Made by a program: the position numbers and the translations under genes
Assembly: GCA_002633005.1 (NCBI GenBank)
Contig: NMRA01000583.1
Span: 156,044-220,043, forward strand
DNA length: 64,000 bases
Source of the DNA: Phoronis australis
Lineage: Eukaryota; Animalia; Phoronida
Direction of reading: 5' to 3'
Part shown: piece after piece, positions 52,301-63,544 of the stretch
Numbering within the stretch: position 1 is the stretch's first letter
How the letters are laid out: every line of letters starts with the position of its first letter
The notes under the pieces: generated by a model
The model's input: the letters and a program-made list of their open reading frames with translations, nothing else
Database searches by the model: none
What the model was told of the DNA's origin: nothing

Positions 52301-55300
52301 GCTGTATGAGTGATTCATGCGTGATCGGCTGTATGACTGGGCCTTGAACAAGCGACTATTGCACGTCCTCATTTACGCGTTTTATTTTCACGTAATGACT
52401 TCAGCTGATACCTGTAATTCAGTGGTTAAGGCGACGGCAGTCGTTACACGAAACTTGAGTGAAGCGTGTTCGGGGATCCGGGTTCGGGTTCCCGCCAAAA
52501 TATTAATCAACACGCGTTAATTACATGTAACAAAATGGGACATTGAACAGTTGCAATTGCCGTGTCAAGCTGATTAGGTGGTACAGTTGGCAATACAATA
52601 ATTACAGCTTGGTTGAAGAAAGAAGAAAACTTTGTTTTGCATTTTTGTTCACAATCATTTTTGGTCTTGGAAAAAAAATAACAGCTTAGAATCCTTGAAC
52701 CTGGAGCAGAATAAAAGGATGTCACCCCGCCTGAATCGTAGCCTTCACCAGTCCTCCCCGTCAATGGTTCCGTATTTGGTCACGACACATGTATCCTTAT
52801 TATGATAACTATCATTGGATGAAAATATCCATAATACACACATATTACCTTTGCAAAATAAAACATTAACTTGCTCGTCTGTCATAAACGTTAAATATAT
52901 TCAAATATGTTTAGGTTGAACGTTTTTATGGTTTCTGATCCACAACCAACATGAGCAAATCCAATGTATGTCGAATTCATCTTTCAAGACCATCAAATCC
53001 AACAGATCAGAGCCCGTTATTTTCTTCTTGACGCAAGTGTAGCCGAACCAAAAAATAGAACAAAACGCAAACACGAGCGTGTCCCTGCGGCGTTTGGCCG
53101 GTGAATCACACGTTCGCGTTAGCGTTTAACATGTAACCGAAGCAATATATTGTTGCCATGTGTGTGACATATTATTGTCATTAACACAGTATATTCCTGG
53201 AAATAATGTATACCGGTGTCATGTTAACTTGGTGTGCGGTAGGGTACGGCACAAACCACTGCTATTCAAAAATGCTGGCTTTGCTTGCAGTTTTTGCTAG
53301 TGGCGATTGCCAAAGAAATTTGAAGAAACTTGGAATACAATACACTGTAGTTAAAAACATACCTGGATTACAAAATGATTGCCCCCGTTCTGTTCACGTT
53401 TCCGCCACGAAAATTAGCAACTCAAAATTAAGAAATTTGTCGATAAAAAGACCACCTGCAAAATGGCGACTTTTACTTCTGTTTCCGTTGCGCCAAATTA
53501 AGATCTCGAGGGTTGGTCTCGTTTCTAAATCATGCAATGGCATTCAATTCCAAACTAGATCATTAGGTTAACGGTTGACACCTTTTCTCATATCACGGCA
53601 TCAATTTATAAGGCAGTATACCTCAACGACAAGATGGCGTCGAGAGCAAGTCGTGTGTGCGTAAAATGTTGACATTTTTTCACATAGCGCACATTTCTTT
53701 TATTAAATGACTTTTTCTGTTTTGGTTAGGAATTGGTACTGTATTTTGCTTCGTTCAAATCCTGCAACAACCACAGGCACGATTTTAATTTGCAATATTT
53801 GGGTTAAATTGTGCACCACCGTTTAACAACTTTGTGGAGCGTGTCTGTAATTACTTATTGACAGGTGGCTTACGTGTCTAGGCACAATAGGCATTCAGTC
53901 AGGCCACAGATCATACCTACTCGCATGGCCTGAATTCTTGTTGATTTGCAGCATTTTCATTTTAGGTGTACCGAGCTTGCCTTTTCCAGTTCCCCCAACG
54001 CGACCGCAGAGTAAGTAAAGCAACCTTCAAACTTAGAAAACATTCACTGATGCAATTGCACGCAAGGAATTTCCGCGCTCACATTCGATGGCCCATCATG
54101 ACAACCCAAGCCTTTGGGCTTATTTTAGGTTTCAACTTAGCACATGCTTCTACTGCAATACAAAAACATGTACTGCCAATTTATGAAAAGGCAGTCAAGA
54201 ACATTGCTGTAGCGTAGCCAGTGGCTTGTTAAATCAAGTTTGAAGATATGACAACTCTTATGCTGTTTTTGACGTTTCAATCTTCAACAGGAACGGGGTA
54301 CTTTCCAAATTCATTTGGAGCAATGAAAACACATGAGACTAGTTAAGGGTTCATAGTGCTCACAACACAAGCAAGCAGCGAGTCACTTATGTTTTTGTTT
54401 TTGGTACAAACATGTCTGAGACACAAGAACGCAATTAACAACATTACACTTCAAAGGTTAGAAATTGAGATCACTTTAATACTGTGTCACTGGAATAAAA
54501 ATTGTGGAAGGAAGACAATATAATCATTATGGTTGCATTATTTCTAAAGTTATTGAAAGGTCTATCTTCAAATCTTATGACTGGAATGTAGAATTGTGTA
54601 TGCAAGTACATACAATTTCTCGTTTTACTAATTGAGGACCTCCTTGTATGTTTATTTGAAAACATAACTTTTTTAGTTTGTTTTCGTTTGTTTGTGATTG
54701 TCTTGCCAAATACCTTTTCGATAACATTTCGTATTTTGTTGTTATCTTGCTTTCTCCTTAAACCATTTTGGAGAAAAAATTCACGTGGTGACAAGCTGAT
54801 AGATCGGACGCTTTGCCTCAATACCAGTAATTTGTTAAGCAAGAACGACCGGGGTTGTTAAACGGCTGGTTAACTGCGAGCGATTAGATGACAATGCCAT
54901 ACCGACCATTTGGTTTCCACAAATGGCGTTGGGCAAATGGACTTCCAATCAGCACTATCTGATCCAATCGGCCACTGTATATCAATAATTAGGCTCCACA
55001 GGCTGGCTCACAGCCTGAATGCCCTTGTTCTTACTTCGTGGAAGTAAATGTTGACGTGTACTTAGACCTCCAGAACGAGAATAGACAATCAACATAAAGC
55101 AATAGGAGACTCATGTACTTGGGAGAGGGTGTAGCAGTAGGGGCTTTGTTTTATCATCGTTTGGAAAATCCCATATGAATGTACAAAATCTTTACCGGAT
55201 ACAGAAGAATGATTTCGCCCTTACCCACAGGTAGACGAGTACAGGAAACGATTTTGCTGGCTACTAGTATCGTCAGTGTAATGCTCGCCTCGAAAGTTTC

Positions 55301-56657
55301 AGGTATGGCTATTTATCATCGAAGTCGGTTTCAGAAACCGTTGATTGACCGTACACCTGTATGGTAATTTGAAAACGAGGCAGGTTACTGCCTAAAGTGT
55401 TTCCGTTTTGCGAAGTTAACGAGTTTCCGTTTTCATTCCAGTTATACCGACGCCAGTTCGTAAGTAAAATCGTCCTGTGAAGTTAACACATACATGCATG
55501 CAGTGCCCTGTGGACATTTTTGTGTAGTGATCGAGACAGGGCACTCATGTTGATGTTTCGAACTGAGCTACATAACGCGTTCTGTATTCTAATTACTACC
55601 TTGTTCACGATGAACGGGAAAAGATATTCTATTATGGCAAGTACGGAACTGAGTGCTATCCACTTTGACTACTGTAGCTGGATTTTTCCAGCTCCTGGAA
55701 ACGTCCATTCTTCACCCGTTCATAAATAGAAAATCTTAGACGGGGCTGGTATTGCCGCAAGGCTTTTTAGAGACGATTTTTACTGTCAACGACGTTACAT
55801 TTTTGTCACGTTTAATATTTCAAGGGTCTGCATGAAGTGTTTGATAAAGTTTGTCAAATTTTTGTTCACATCCGCACATCAAATACAACACTGCAACATT
55901 GTAGACACGGCAGGTTTCTAGTTATTTCGTTTTATCAAATACTAAGGTCATATCATGTCATACCCTTTTTGTGTTTTGTGTTATTCAATCAGGGTGGGCT
56001 GCATGGTCTGCGTGGAGCCCCTGCTCTAGCTCTTGTGGACTCGGTGGACAAGTTCGGGCACGCCTCTGCATAGAAGGCGAAACACCAATGCCGCCAAACG
56101 TCGGCAAATGTGGATATAAATTCAGCAACAAGCGGCCTTGTATCATGAAAGCATGTAAGAAATAGATGTCGTGTTTCCGTCTGCGTTGAGGATTTTTTGG
56201 ATTAGAATTATCATATCAAAGAGATTCATTTCTGCTTCTAGTACTTGTGATAATATTACACTCACTGTCGTGATGTTTACAATGTCATCATTATTTACAC
56301 TCAGCCCACGCCGTTGTCGTGTTAAACTTGGTGTGCTACCCCCTACAAGGCATGCGCACACCCAGCCTTCAATATAGAGGGGGACGATGTGGACATTTTG
56401 CTAACAAAAAAGCTGCAAACTAAAAAAAGGGCGCACCACCGTGAATCGCGCGTTTTTTAGTGGACTTTTGTCTCATTTTCTCGGACTTATTGGTTCTCAG
56501 AGGCGGACCTTTTTGCCCACTCTTCGCCCCCCCCCCCCTGCGTGTGCTCATGCATCGCACAGGTTATACTAATTCAGCTGGCTCGCAGATCTGATCATTT
56601 ACCATATATCAATTTTAGGTGCAGCGACGGAACCATTTGTAGTCCCTACATTGCCGG
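40245..56657 (+). CDS. Multi-exon TSP1 (thrombospondin type-1 repeat) domain protein, partial; 5' and 3' ends not resolved
   Basis: Symmetric phase-1 exons 40245-40301, 41037-41210 (TSP1), 43348-43392, 53966-54010, 55993-56154 (TSP1), 56619-56657 all splice in frame with GT-AG sites. Both TSP1 exons show the WxxWxxWxxCSxxCGxGxQxRxRxC signature. Confidence 0.85.
41037..41210 (+). CDS. TSP1 domain exon 1
   Basis: HSMWGQWFAWKPCSTTCGPGLQVRVRICLKDFSEMRANASSCGTDSKEVRPCPSQPE(C); tttctccag acceptor, gtaaga donor. Confidence 0.92.
43348..43392 (+). CDS. 45-nt Pro-rich linker micro-exon A
   Basis: (C)DLAEPFLISPRQPQ; cattgtag acceptor, gtaagt donor; its first GT completes the final TGT Cys codon of TSP1 exon 1. 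Confidence 0.8.
44218..47730 (+). mobile_element. Decayed non-LTR retrotransposon, I group (Ingi/Nimb-like), APE-RT-RNaseH
   Basis: APE motifs KWNAGG, KGGIFTLI, IINFYCSP, GDFNGH..WG; RT motifs KAPGKEGI..EMIEHLG, IIPILKKGK, YRPISLLSC, SGFRKNR, FLDLTKSFDNVW, QGVPHG; RNaseH YTDGS..NYRAE..LQWIPFHCGISGNEESD; many stops and frameshifts. Confidence 0.9.
49156..50085 (+). pseudogene. Harbinger transposase (DDE_Tnp_4/HARBI1-like), N-terminally truncated and frameshifted
   Basis: TLRHLASG..HNTISIVVREVCEAI, WNFPHVIGAIDGKH, SEFYNYKG, GSASDAQI, YFLVGYDAF..MMKPY, YNYRLSRSRRVVENSFGILVNRF, ACVLLHN, GAVPWQ; spread over three frames (shifts near 49590 and 49885). Confidence 0.92.
50099..50278. repeat. 90-bp tandem duplication inside the Harbinger element
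   Basis: Two copies differing at one position (GACAC vs GGCAC). Confidence 0.92.
50784..51853 (-). pseudogene. Harbinger accessory (ORF2) protein, BESS-like C-terminal motif, Gln-rich; start frameshifted
   Basis: 349-codon frame begins at TTG; ATG at 51853 reads MPPRK and joins (SRLPSKTR) if one A is restored. Contains NLS-like KKRRKK, BESS-like EREAFIKYVADSLRAAPVDEYKKMRTHICTLI, and QQYQQYQQQPV repeats. Confidence 0.75.
52411..52497 (+). repeat. tRNA-derived SINE head or tRNA pseudogene
   Basis: A-box-like TAATTCAGTGGTTAAGGCG and B-box-like GGTTCGGGTTCC ending CGCCA; no clean cloverleaf. Confidence 0.35.
53966..54010 (+). CDS. 45-nt Pro-rich linker micro-exon B (paralog of A)
   Basis: (C/G)VPSLPFPVPPTRPQ; ttcattttag acceptor, gtaagt donor; same length and phase as A, and its downstream intron is homologous to that of A. 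Confidence 0.72.
55993..56154 (+). CDS. TSP1 domain exon 2
   Basis: WAAWSAWSPCSSSCGLGGQVRARLCIEGETPMPPNVGKCGYKFSNKRPCIMKA(C); aatcag acceptor, gtaaga donor. Confidence 0.92.
56351..56551. mobile_element. Short MITE with CATG(C/A)GCACAC termini
   Basis: CATGCGCACACCCAG vs reverse complement CATGAGCACACGCAG; no TSD seen. Confidence 0.5.
56619..56657 (+). CDS. 39-nt Pro-rich linker micro-exon C
   Basis: (C)AATEPFVVPTLP; aattttag acceptor, gtaagc donor; shares the EPF motif with exon A and completes the Cys codon of TSP1 exon 2. Confidence 0.8.
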
Positions 56658-58273
56658 GTAAGCTTAGAAATCTTAATGAAGTTGCACATATGTGCAAATG
56701 ACCTTTACTCGTGTTTTTTATCAATTCATTTGAAAACACATATCTCGCGTTTGGTGTCATTTGTTTGATTCCTTTGCTAAAATATTTTAACGAACGCATT
56801 TCATGTTTTTTATCCACGTACTTCCCTGAAATATTTTGAAGCAATTAATTTTATGTAGCCAAGTTGGAACATAAACTTGGTACAAAGCTGTACACAAAAT
56901 ACACAAAATTGCACCGATGCAGGTAAAAAACTGACCAGATAAAATCTGACGCAAAATTAGTGTACATGTAATTTAAAACTACACCATTCCTTGTTATTTA
57001 CCGGTGTTAGAAAATTGGCGTTCTTGCGCTATTCTGCGATCTTGTGCGTCGGCTTTCGGCGCAATGAAATATTACATCACATTTTGGCCAGTTTCGTATT
57101 GCACTCGACTGATTTAACGCGTATGGAACAAAGCAGGGGATTTTCGATCCCACTATGTGTCAAAAAGCTAAAATGTATTTGTGAAATTCAATTAATCAAA
57201 CAATTTGAAGAGCTGACGGTGAAATTTGTTGCTCTGATTTTAAATGTACGAACCACAGTTGAATTTCTGTCCACCAAAACTGAGGCGGGATCAATCGCAA
57301 ATCACTGTTTGTGCTCTCGTAACTCGAGGGCGCCAATATGAAAAGTTCCCTATAGGGTGGCCATGCAATAGTAACCACTTGACCACGCTAGTAATATTGC
57401 AGACATTATGCATCTCTTCATTGTGCGATATTTCTATCACATTTTTCAAAATCACGATAAAGTATACATGCACAGTATACTCCCGAGAGGTCAAAACGAG
57501 TGTCAGATCAAACATTATAATGGTATAATAGTAATGTAAGGTGAAAAAACACATTTTTCAAAATTTTATTTGTCATTAACAACATGAATGAATACGAAAC
57601 AGAAACAGCTGAGAGTGTAATATTTGATGTGTAACGTTTTATTCAATTCAAGTTGAAGAACATGCATTTTGTCTGTACATATGAATGCTAGTTGATGGTG
57701 TAAAAGAGAAAACTAGGTTTATAGAGAGGAAATTGCAACTGATATCTGTTCAAAACGGCTGATGAAACTACAACTGAGTCAGCAAGAACAGAATTCCGGG
57801 AGACAAGGATAGAGCTACATATCATGAAAAGTAATTACTTTCATAAGAAAAGAACGTTGCTCATGAAAACGTCTGTTCAAATGGTATGGTTCTATCCATT
57901 TAAGGCGAACTATTTACAGCCGGTAATGACTAGTTGTCACGAACAGGAAGTGGTGTTGACTTTGATAAAATGTGATTGTTTATCCACCTAGGAAAGTCCA
58001 TTACAAATCGAATCGAATCTTGTCTGCTGGACAATACTCGCAAAGTTAAACTGCAAGATCCTCGGAGGCATCTTGCCTCCTTCAAAGTGAAGATGGTACT
58101 GTAGATTGGCGGGAACCGTCATCTCTTGCTCTCTTACGAGATCTTGTCTGGTTACTTGAGGTTGGATTCAATTCGACTTGCAATAGTGTGTACTTTAGGT
58201 ACACGGCGAATGAACTAGAAGCACAACATGCTGCACTTACATGTACATGCGTTTTTGTAACTTTGGAAACCAG

Positions 58274-58421
58274 GGCTGGGATGCATAAAACTTCAAAGTT
58301 ATCCGCTGGATAAGTTTAATTTTGCATGACGTCAGGAACATTGTTCAACAATAACAACGTGGCACGTGATAATGCGACGTCATTGTTGCTACACGGGGTA
58401 TAACTTTTATGCGTCTGGGAC
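58274..58421. mobile_element. Short CAG-flanked MITE
   Basis: Imperfect arms GA(T/C)GCATAAAA; CAG on both flanks. Confidence 0.45.
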
Positions 58422-58506
58422 CAGTTGTGTAAAAAAATCCTTGGCCGCGTCGTAACACTTCAGCCAGCCTCATTCCCAAGTCTCAAGATGGCGCTGATCG
58501 GTTTAA

Positions 58507-59266
58507 AGGAGAATGCCACCCGATTTAATTAGTCTTTTTTGCCGTTTTAATCGGTCTATATCCACATCGCTTCGCATACGGTCGACCTTACCTTGCCAAG
58601 AGGTGTCGCGTTAACCTATGAGGAAGGTGAGAAACGACGCTAGCGACGTCAGTGTTTCATATGCAGAGTGAATGCCGCTATGGTACGGTGCATCGTTCTC
58701 GCTTGTCCGAACTAAGCAGCTGCGAGGAAAGCGGGTATATCGTTTTTTTACTTCCTCGAGAGTCCGAAATGCTTAGGAAGTGGCTCATGGTAGAGAAGAA
58801 TGAAATCTTCGCTGTAAATAGCAAATATGAGGCCGTGAAACATCTCCGTGTCTGAGGCCAGCAGTCGTCGACAGTGCCTGACGAATGCCGGCTTACCAAA
58901 TAACTCCTGCTATGGACCTTATTGGTCTGCCGAACTACGGTGTGTCCAAATACCAATAAATCCGTAAGAGCGAAATAAAACAACACGTTTTTATAAGAAC
59001 TCTGTGTATTTTTAAGGGTTTTACATCGAAGTTTGATGGTTTAATGGTGTTAAACGATGACTTCAAGCAATAAGCTGACACTAGTAACCCGTGCTGTGAA
59101 CTGCTGAACAGACTGCGTGTGAAACCAATGACGTCATTGGATAATTTCAACACCGCCGTCGATTTGCCGTCAGGTTTCAGGTAACGCAACCGTACGTGTC
59201 GTTACGGAGTAGAACTACTGGATCTAAATTGATACAAATTAGGTTGTTTTCGGGTGGCATGCTCCT
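58507..59266. mobile_element. Kolobok-like non-autonomous element
   Basis: TIR AGGAG(A/C)ATGCCACCCGA; flanks TTAA and TTGA (TTAA TSD with one change); RR terminus. Confidence 0.7.
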
Positions 59267-60525
59267 TTGACCATTTTGAGGCTTGTTAGGGGAAACACCT
59301 TCTGCGCAATGATTGGCAGTTGCCTTCACTTCATTAAACAAAGGCAGGTTTTAACTATTTTCACATACGCTGTTGCTGCTGTTGAAGCGAAAGTCATTTT
59401 GGGTTTTGGTTATTGCTTGAAATAGCGGTTGTTGGCGTATATTTTATGAATAGTATCAAAAAATTTAATCTGTTTTAGAATCAAAATAAATCGCTTTTGC
59501 AATGATTTAGACCTAAATTGCGGCAATGTACCGTTAGTTTTCATTTTTATGTTACACTGCAGGAAATTTCAAAGTTGATATAACTCTACATTACTCGTAA
59601 TGTTCCCGCGATTTCCCTAAAAATGCGTCAGAAGTCTGACGCCATCTTAAGGGTAGGGGACAAGACTTCATTTCAGCTGCCTAAAATATTTCTAGACGTT
59701 CAAACACTAATTCCACAGTAAAATCCCATAATTGCGCCACTAAGCTCCACGTCCGAGTCAAAAGTGTTACTTATATGGTGGTCACAGTCTTCTTGTTTCG
59801 GGGTGTGCAAACGGAAGTTGCAACCATGGAAACTGACTCCGTGGGGGACTGGAGTTTGGTCACCGGATATGAAGAATTTTTGCGCGGGCGTCGACTTTGG
59901 AGGCGCGGTTATTACGATTCGATAGTTTTCAAAATAATGTGAATCTATTGACTTCCTGAAGAACTGCGTCTACAGTTATAATCACTAAAAGAAACAATCT
60001 GTAAATAAATTCTGATTTAAAGAAAACACCATAACTGATACACTAATAAAAATAAATTTAAAGATAAAAAACCCATTAATTCCAAATATTACGAAATCGA
60101 TATTTGATAGAAAAATAAGCAAATAATGAGAACTGTACATTGCTTCATTAGGGTAACGACAAACCATTGTCATACTAATTTACATAAAAATAGTCTCGCC
60201 AAATGAGACTTTCGCAAGATTGTTATGGTAACTGCTTCTTGGATGGCTTCCGGCACACCGGAACACCCGGGCTTGTTTGCAAACTAGTACTAAATTTGCT
60301 TATTCACAATTTAACGAGACAGCATCCTTAAGCAGTCAAACATGCGATTGTGAAATGTTACAACTTGCATTATATAGACGGATCAGTGTTGTGTAAGTAC
60401 ATTGGAGTATTTACTTAATTTAATTACAGAACCATCGCCAAAACAACGGCGAAGAAAATTAACAGGCAAGTAATAAGTGCACGTTCTAGTGCGTAGTCGT
60501 GCAGCTGCTGTAGTTCCTGGGACTT

Positions 60526-60968
60526 CTGTGACCGGTTGCATGAAGCAGTCCCAAATAGGGACTCAACTAAGATCCATAAATCTTTTTCTTAAGTTGTTTC
60601 GTTCTTTAGTCACAGATGTGATATTTTTATAATCTTATCTTTATTATGAACTTTTCTTTGACTAATGGCATTTTCTGATAAGATAACTAAAAGTGAGCCC
60701 TGACTTAAACGAAAATATATAAGGACTTAGTCCTTACGTTAGGAGCGTTGCATGAAAAGATCCCTATACATTTTCGATAATATTGAAAATTCAACGTCGA
60801 GTTCACTCTCGATTTGTATCAAATCCAAAAATTAACTTAGTAATGAAACTAAAACAGCATAAGATGGGGCCATCTGTGTTTTCAAAAGTCCACTAATACG
60901 CAGTAGAATTAGGGAACTTAGTTTTAGTGGAGTCTCTATTAGAGACTGTTCCATGCAATCGGTCACAG
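60526..60968. mobile_element. Harbinger-type MITE with CWG ends
   Basis: About 45-bp arms CTGTGACCG(G/A)TTGCATG(A/G)A(G/A)CAGTC(C/T)C(A/T)AATAG(G/A)GACTC(A/C)ACTAA. Confidence 0.8.
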
Positions 60969-61708
60969 GTGCTCCAAATGCTACAAGTCCACTGCAAATT
61001 CAATAAGAAGCAGATGAGTCATTTTCATAGAAAATCGACCGAATTCTGGTTTTAAAAAACAATATGCACATTGATTTGAAGTTCGTTAAGTATCAGTCCA
61101 CGGATCCACCGACCACAGTACAGCCAACAAGCGGCAAGGTGGGGGGTCAACCATTCAGATCNAGACCACCACCCATGAATTTTTATTTCTACTGCCGTCC
61201 CCCCCCTCCCACACGGATTTTACTGGAACAGCCCTAAGAAGTGATGCATTAAAAATAGGTGGTATTTTTTGATCTGTTAACCTTGACAGGTTGGTTAATT
61301 CAGCCAACACATGTCCAAAGAAATCAAAACTCAAAAAATGCGATTGGCATATATCCCAACTTATCCCAATACAAAAAAGCCCGTATTGCCAGTGAACAGA
61401 GTGCAATATGTTCACTAAGCCATTAATCAAGTCATGGGCAACTTGATTTGAGCCAAGTGCTTGTCTGCAGTCCTATTGAATTGAAAAGTTATGCAACACT
61501 AAACTGGTGTTAACACATATAAGAAAATTGATGATTTTTAAATAAAAAGAATGAGGAGTAAGATAAACAAGTTCCAATATTCACTTGACATAGAAGTATA
61601 AAAGAGTTTGTGGAGACAATTTGAGATTCATAGATCCTTATAATTGAAAAAATGTTCATTGAAATTATAGACACATGGTGAACAGAGACACCTGGTGGCT
61701 TCCAAAAG

Positions 61709-61847
61709 TATTGTTCACAGGCTACTTTAATTTTTGACAATGTTGGACAAGACAACTAGTTCTTGTCTGTCAATCATTTATTGTTCACAGGCTACTTTAA
61801 TTTTTGACAATATTGGACAAGACAACTAGTTCTTGTCTGTCAATCAT
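61709..61847. repeat. 70-bp tandem duplication
   Basis: TATTGTTCACAGGCTACTTTAATTTTTGACAAT(G/A)TTGGACAAGACAACTAGTTCTTGTCTGTCAATCAT, two copies. Confidence 0.92.
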
Positions 61848-62479
61848 CTAAGTTATTAACAGGTCCTCCTGGAGGCAATTTGTTTGCAAGTTTTGGATTT
61901 TATATTTTATCCTATTAAAAATAATTAAAAAATTATGGGTCATGGGTTGGAGAAATAAATGAAAAATATGGGCGGTGGGTACGAAATAAAAGTGCCTTCC
62001 CCCCTCCCATACAGATTTTGCTGGAACAGCCCTTGGTAACAAACTCCGGAGAGGGAAAGATAAGACGATCGTCAGAGGAAGGGAGTACATTAGTACCACA
62101 AGATGCCCTGTTACTGTGTCTTGTTGGCAAAATGCACTCATCTTCAGCAGTAACTGACATCTAATTCAGCAACAACAATGAAAGCAATTAGATGCAAAAG
62201 ATATTTTTTAAAATTAAAATAATTAAGGTAATGATGAAAAATTTGCAATGTGACAGGAACTTATTCTTGATTTGCTGCAGGAACACCTATAAAATTATTT
62301 TCAATTCTTATAATTATGATCCAAAATTACAAAACAAAATTGAAAATCGATCCATAGATTATCTAGAAAGCCTGAAATACATACGCATTTAATTCCAACA
62401 AACAATTTAATTCCAACGCAAATGGAAAAAAGTCAAGACGAAAACCTGTGGCTCATATCCCAACTTTTAGCATGGAAAA

Positions 62480-62945
62480 ATGAAAGTCAAAAATAACATA
62501 TAGAATGCATCAATCACAATCCTAAGTTGGCCAAACTTTTCAGTTTCAAACAGTAATTACAGGAGTTAATTGTTCATTCACCACGCTGTTGTAGAAGAAA
62601 CTATGTGACAAGAAATAACTACCAGGACACTGAAAATAGGCTGGCAGAATTTGTAAAGAATGGCTTAGACCAATCAGATCATTCAGAATCTGTCACGTGG
62701 TCACTTCTCTCGAACTGCAAAACTCGAGTCACAAAATAGAACAAGAAAAATGTCAAAATAAATTGAAATACAGTAAGGCAATTTAAAACACATTTGCAGT
62801 AACAAAAATAGCACTTTGTATTGCGTTTCAGCGGCACGTAGAAAATCGCACTAAGGCGATCAGGCCAGTAGCAGCAAAGGGCAACAGGCGTGAGGGATCA
62901 AACAAAAGAATTTCATACATCACTCACATCCCACGATTCCAATCC
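62480..62945 (-). repeat. Dispersed repeat; inverted copy of 33938-34470
   Basis: Collinear diverged match over about 450 bp. Confidence 0.8.
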
Positions 62946-63544
62946 AACGAATAACTGGTTACGGTTGAATTTCCTGACAGGAAGCGTTGTTATTTCTTTT
63001 GTTTCATCGTTTTCAGTCGGTCCTCCGACTCCAACTTAGTCCAAGGTGTCTCGGCCCCGCACTCCGTAATAGTTCCTCTCTCAAAGTTTACAGAGCCCAA
63101 ACCTTGGTTTGTGAAGACACTGGCTGTTTCTTTTATCCACTTTTTCAACGAAATATTCAGTCTACTACATGCTCCACGTATTTTTGACCGTAGAATCGCA
63201 CTATTTGTCACCGCGATTTTGTACCAAATTCAGACGCCATTGATGAACCACGCTATACCAGGCACAGGCATTTGAATTTATCTGTTCCTCGATTGCCACT
63301 GACATCATTCATATGAGTCATCGGCAAATTCGAGCGCCTGTGATCCGCAATTACAATTTTCGTTCCTCTGAAACATAAAGAGCAGTTTTCGCTTTTCGAG
63401 TCGTCAGCAATGCGGTGAGAAACCAATTTACCGCGATAATTTCATGGCAAATCCGATTGTTCCACGGAAATACAACAAAAATACGTGGATCGAATAAAAG
63501 AAAAAAGCGGAGATCGCGTTTCCGCTGACAATTCCAAGCCTTGA

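Larger units (their letters stand above)
49156..52344. mobile_element. PIF/Harbinger DNA transposon, 5'-truncated, two convergent genes, right TIR intact
   Basis: HARBI1/DDE_Tnp_4-type transposase on +, accessory ORF on -; ends ...GATCGGCTGTATGACTGGGCCT followed by TGA; the last ~295 bp are near-identical to the MITE at 39091-39819. Confidence 0.92.

Noticed and set aside
52690-52800. Possible eroded third TSP1 exon (TWSR..PVNGS)
   Set aside because: No WxxW/CSxxCG signature recoverable in any frame
61097-61138. Possible further phase-1 micro-exon (VHGSTDHSTANKRQ; another frame reads STDPPTTVQPTS)
   Set aside because: Poor polypyrimidine tract, weak gtgggg donor, ambiguous frame, next to an assembly N
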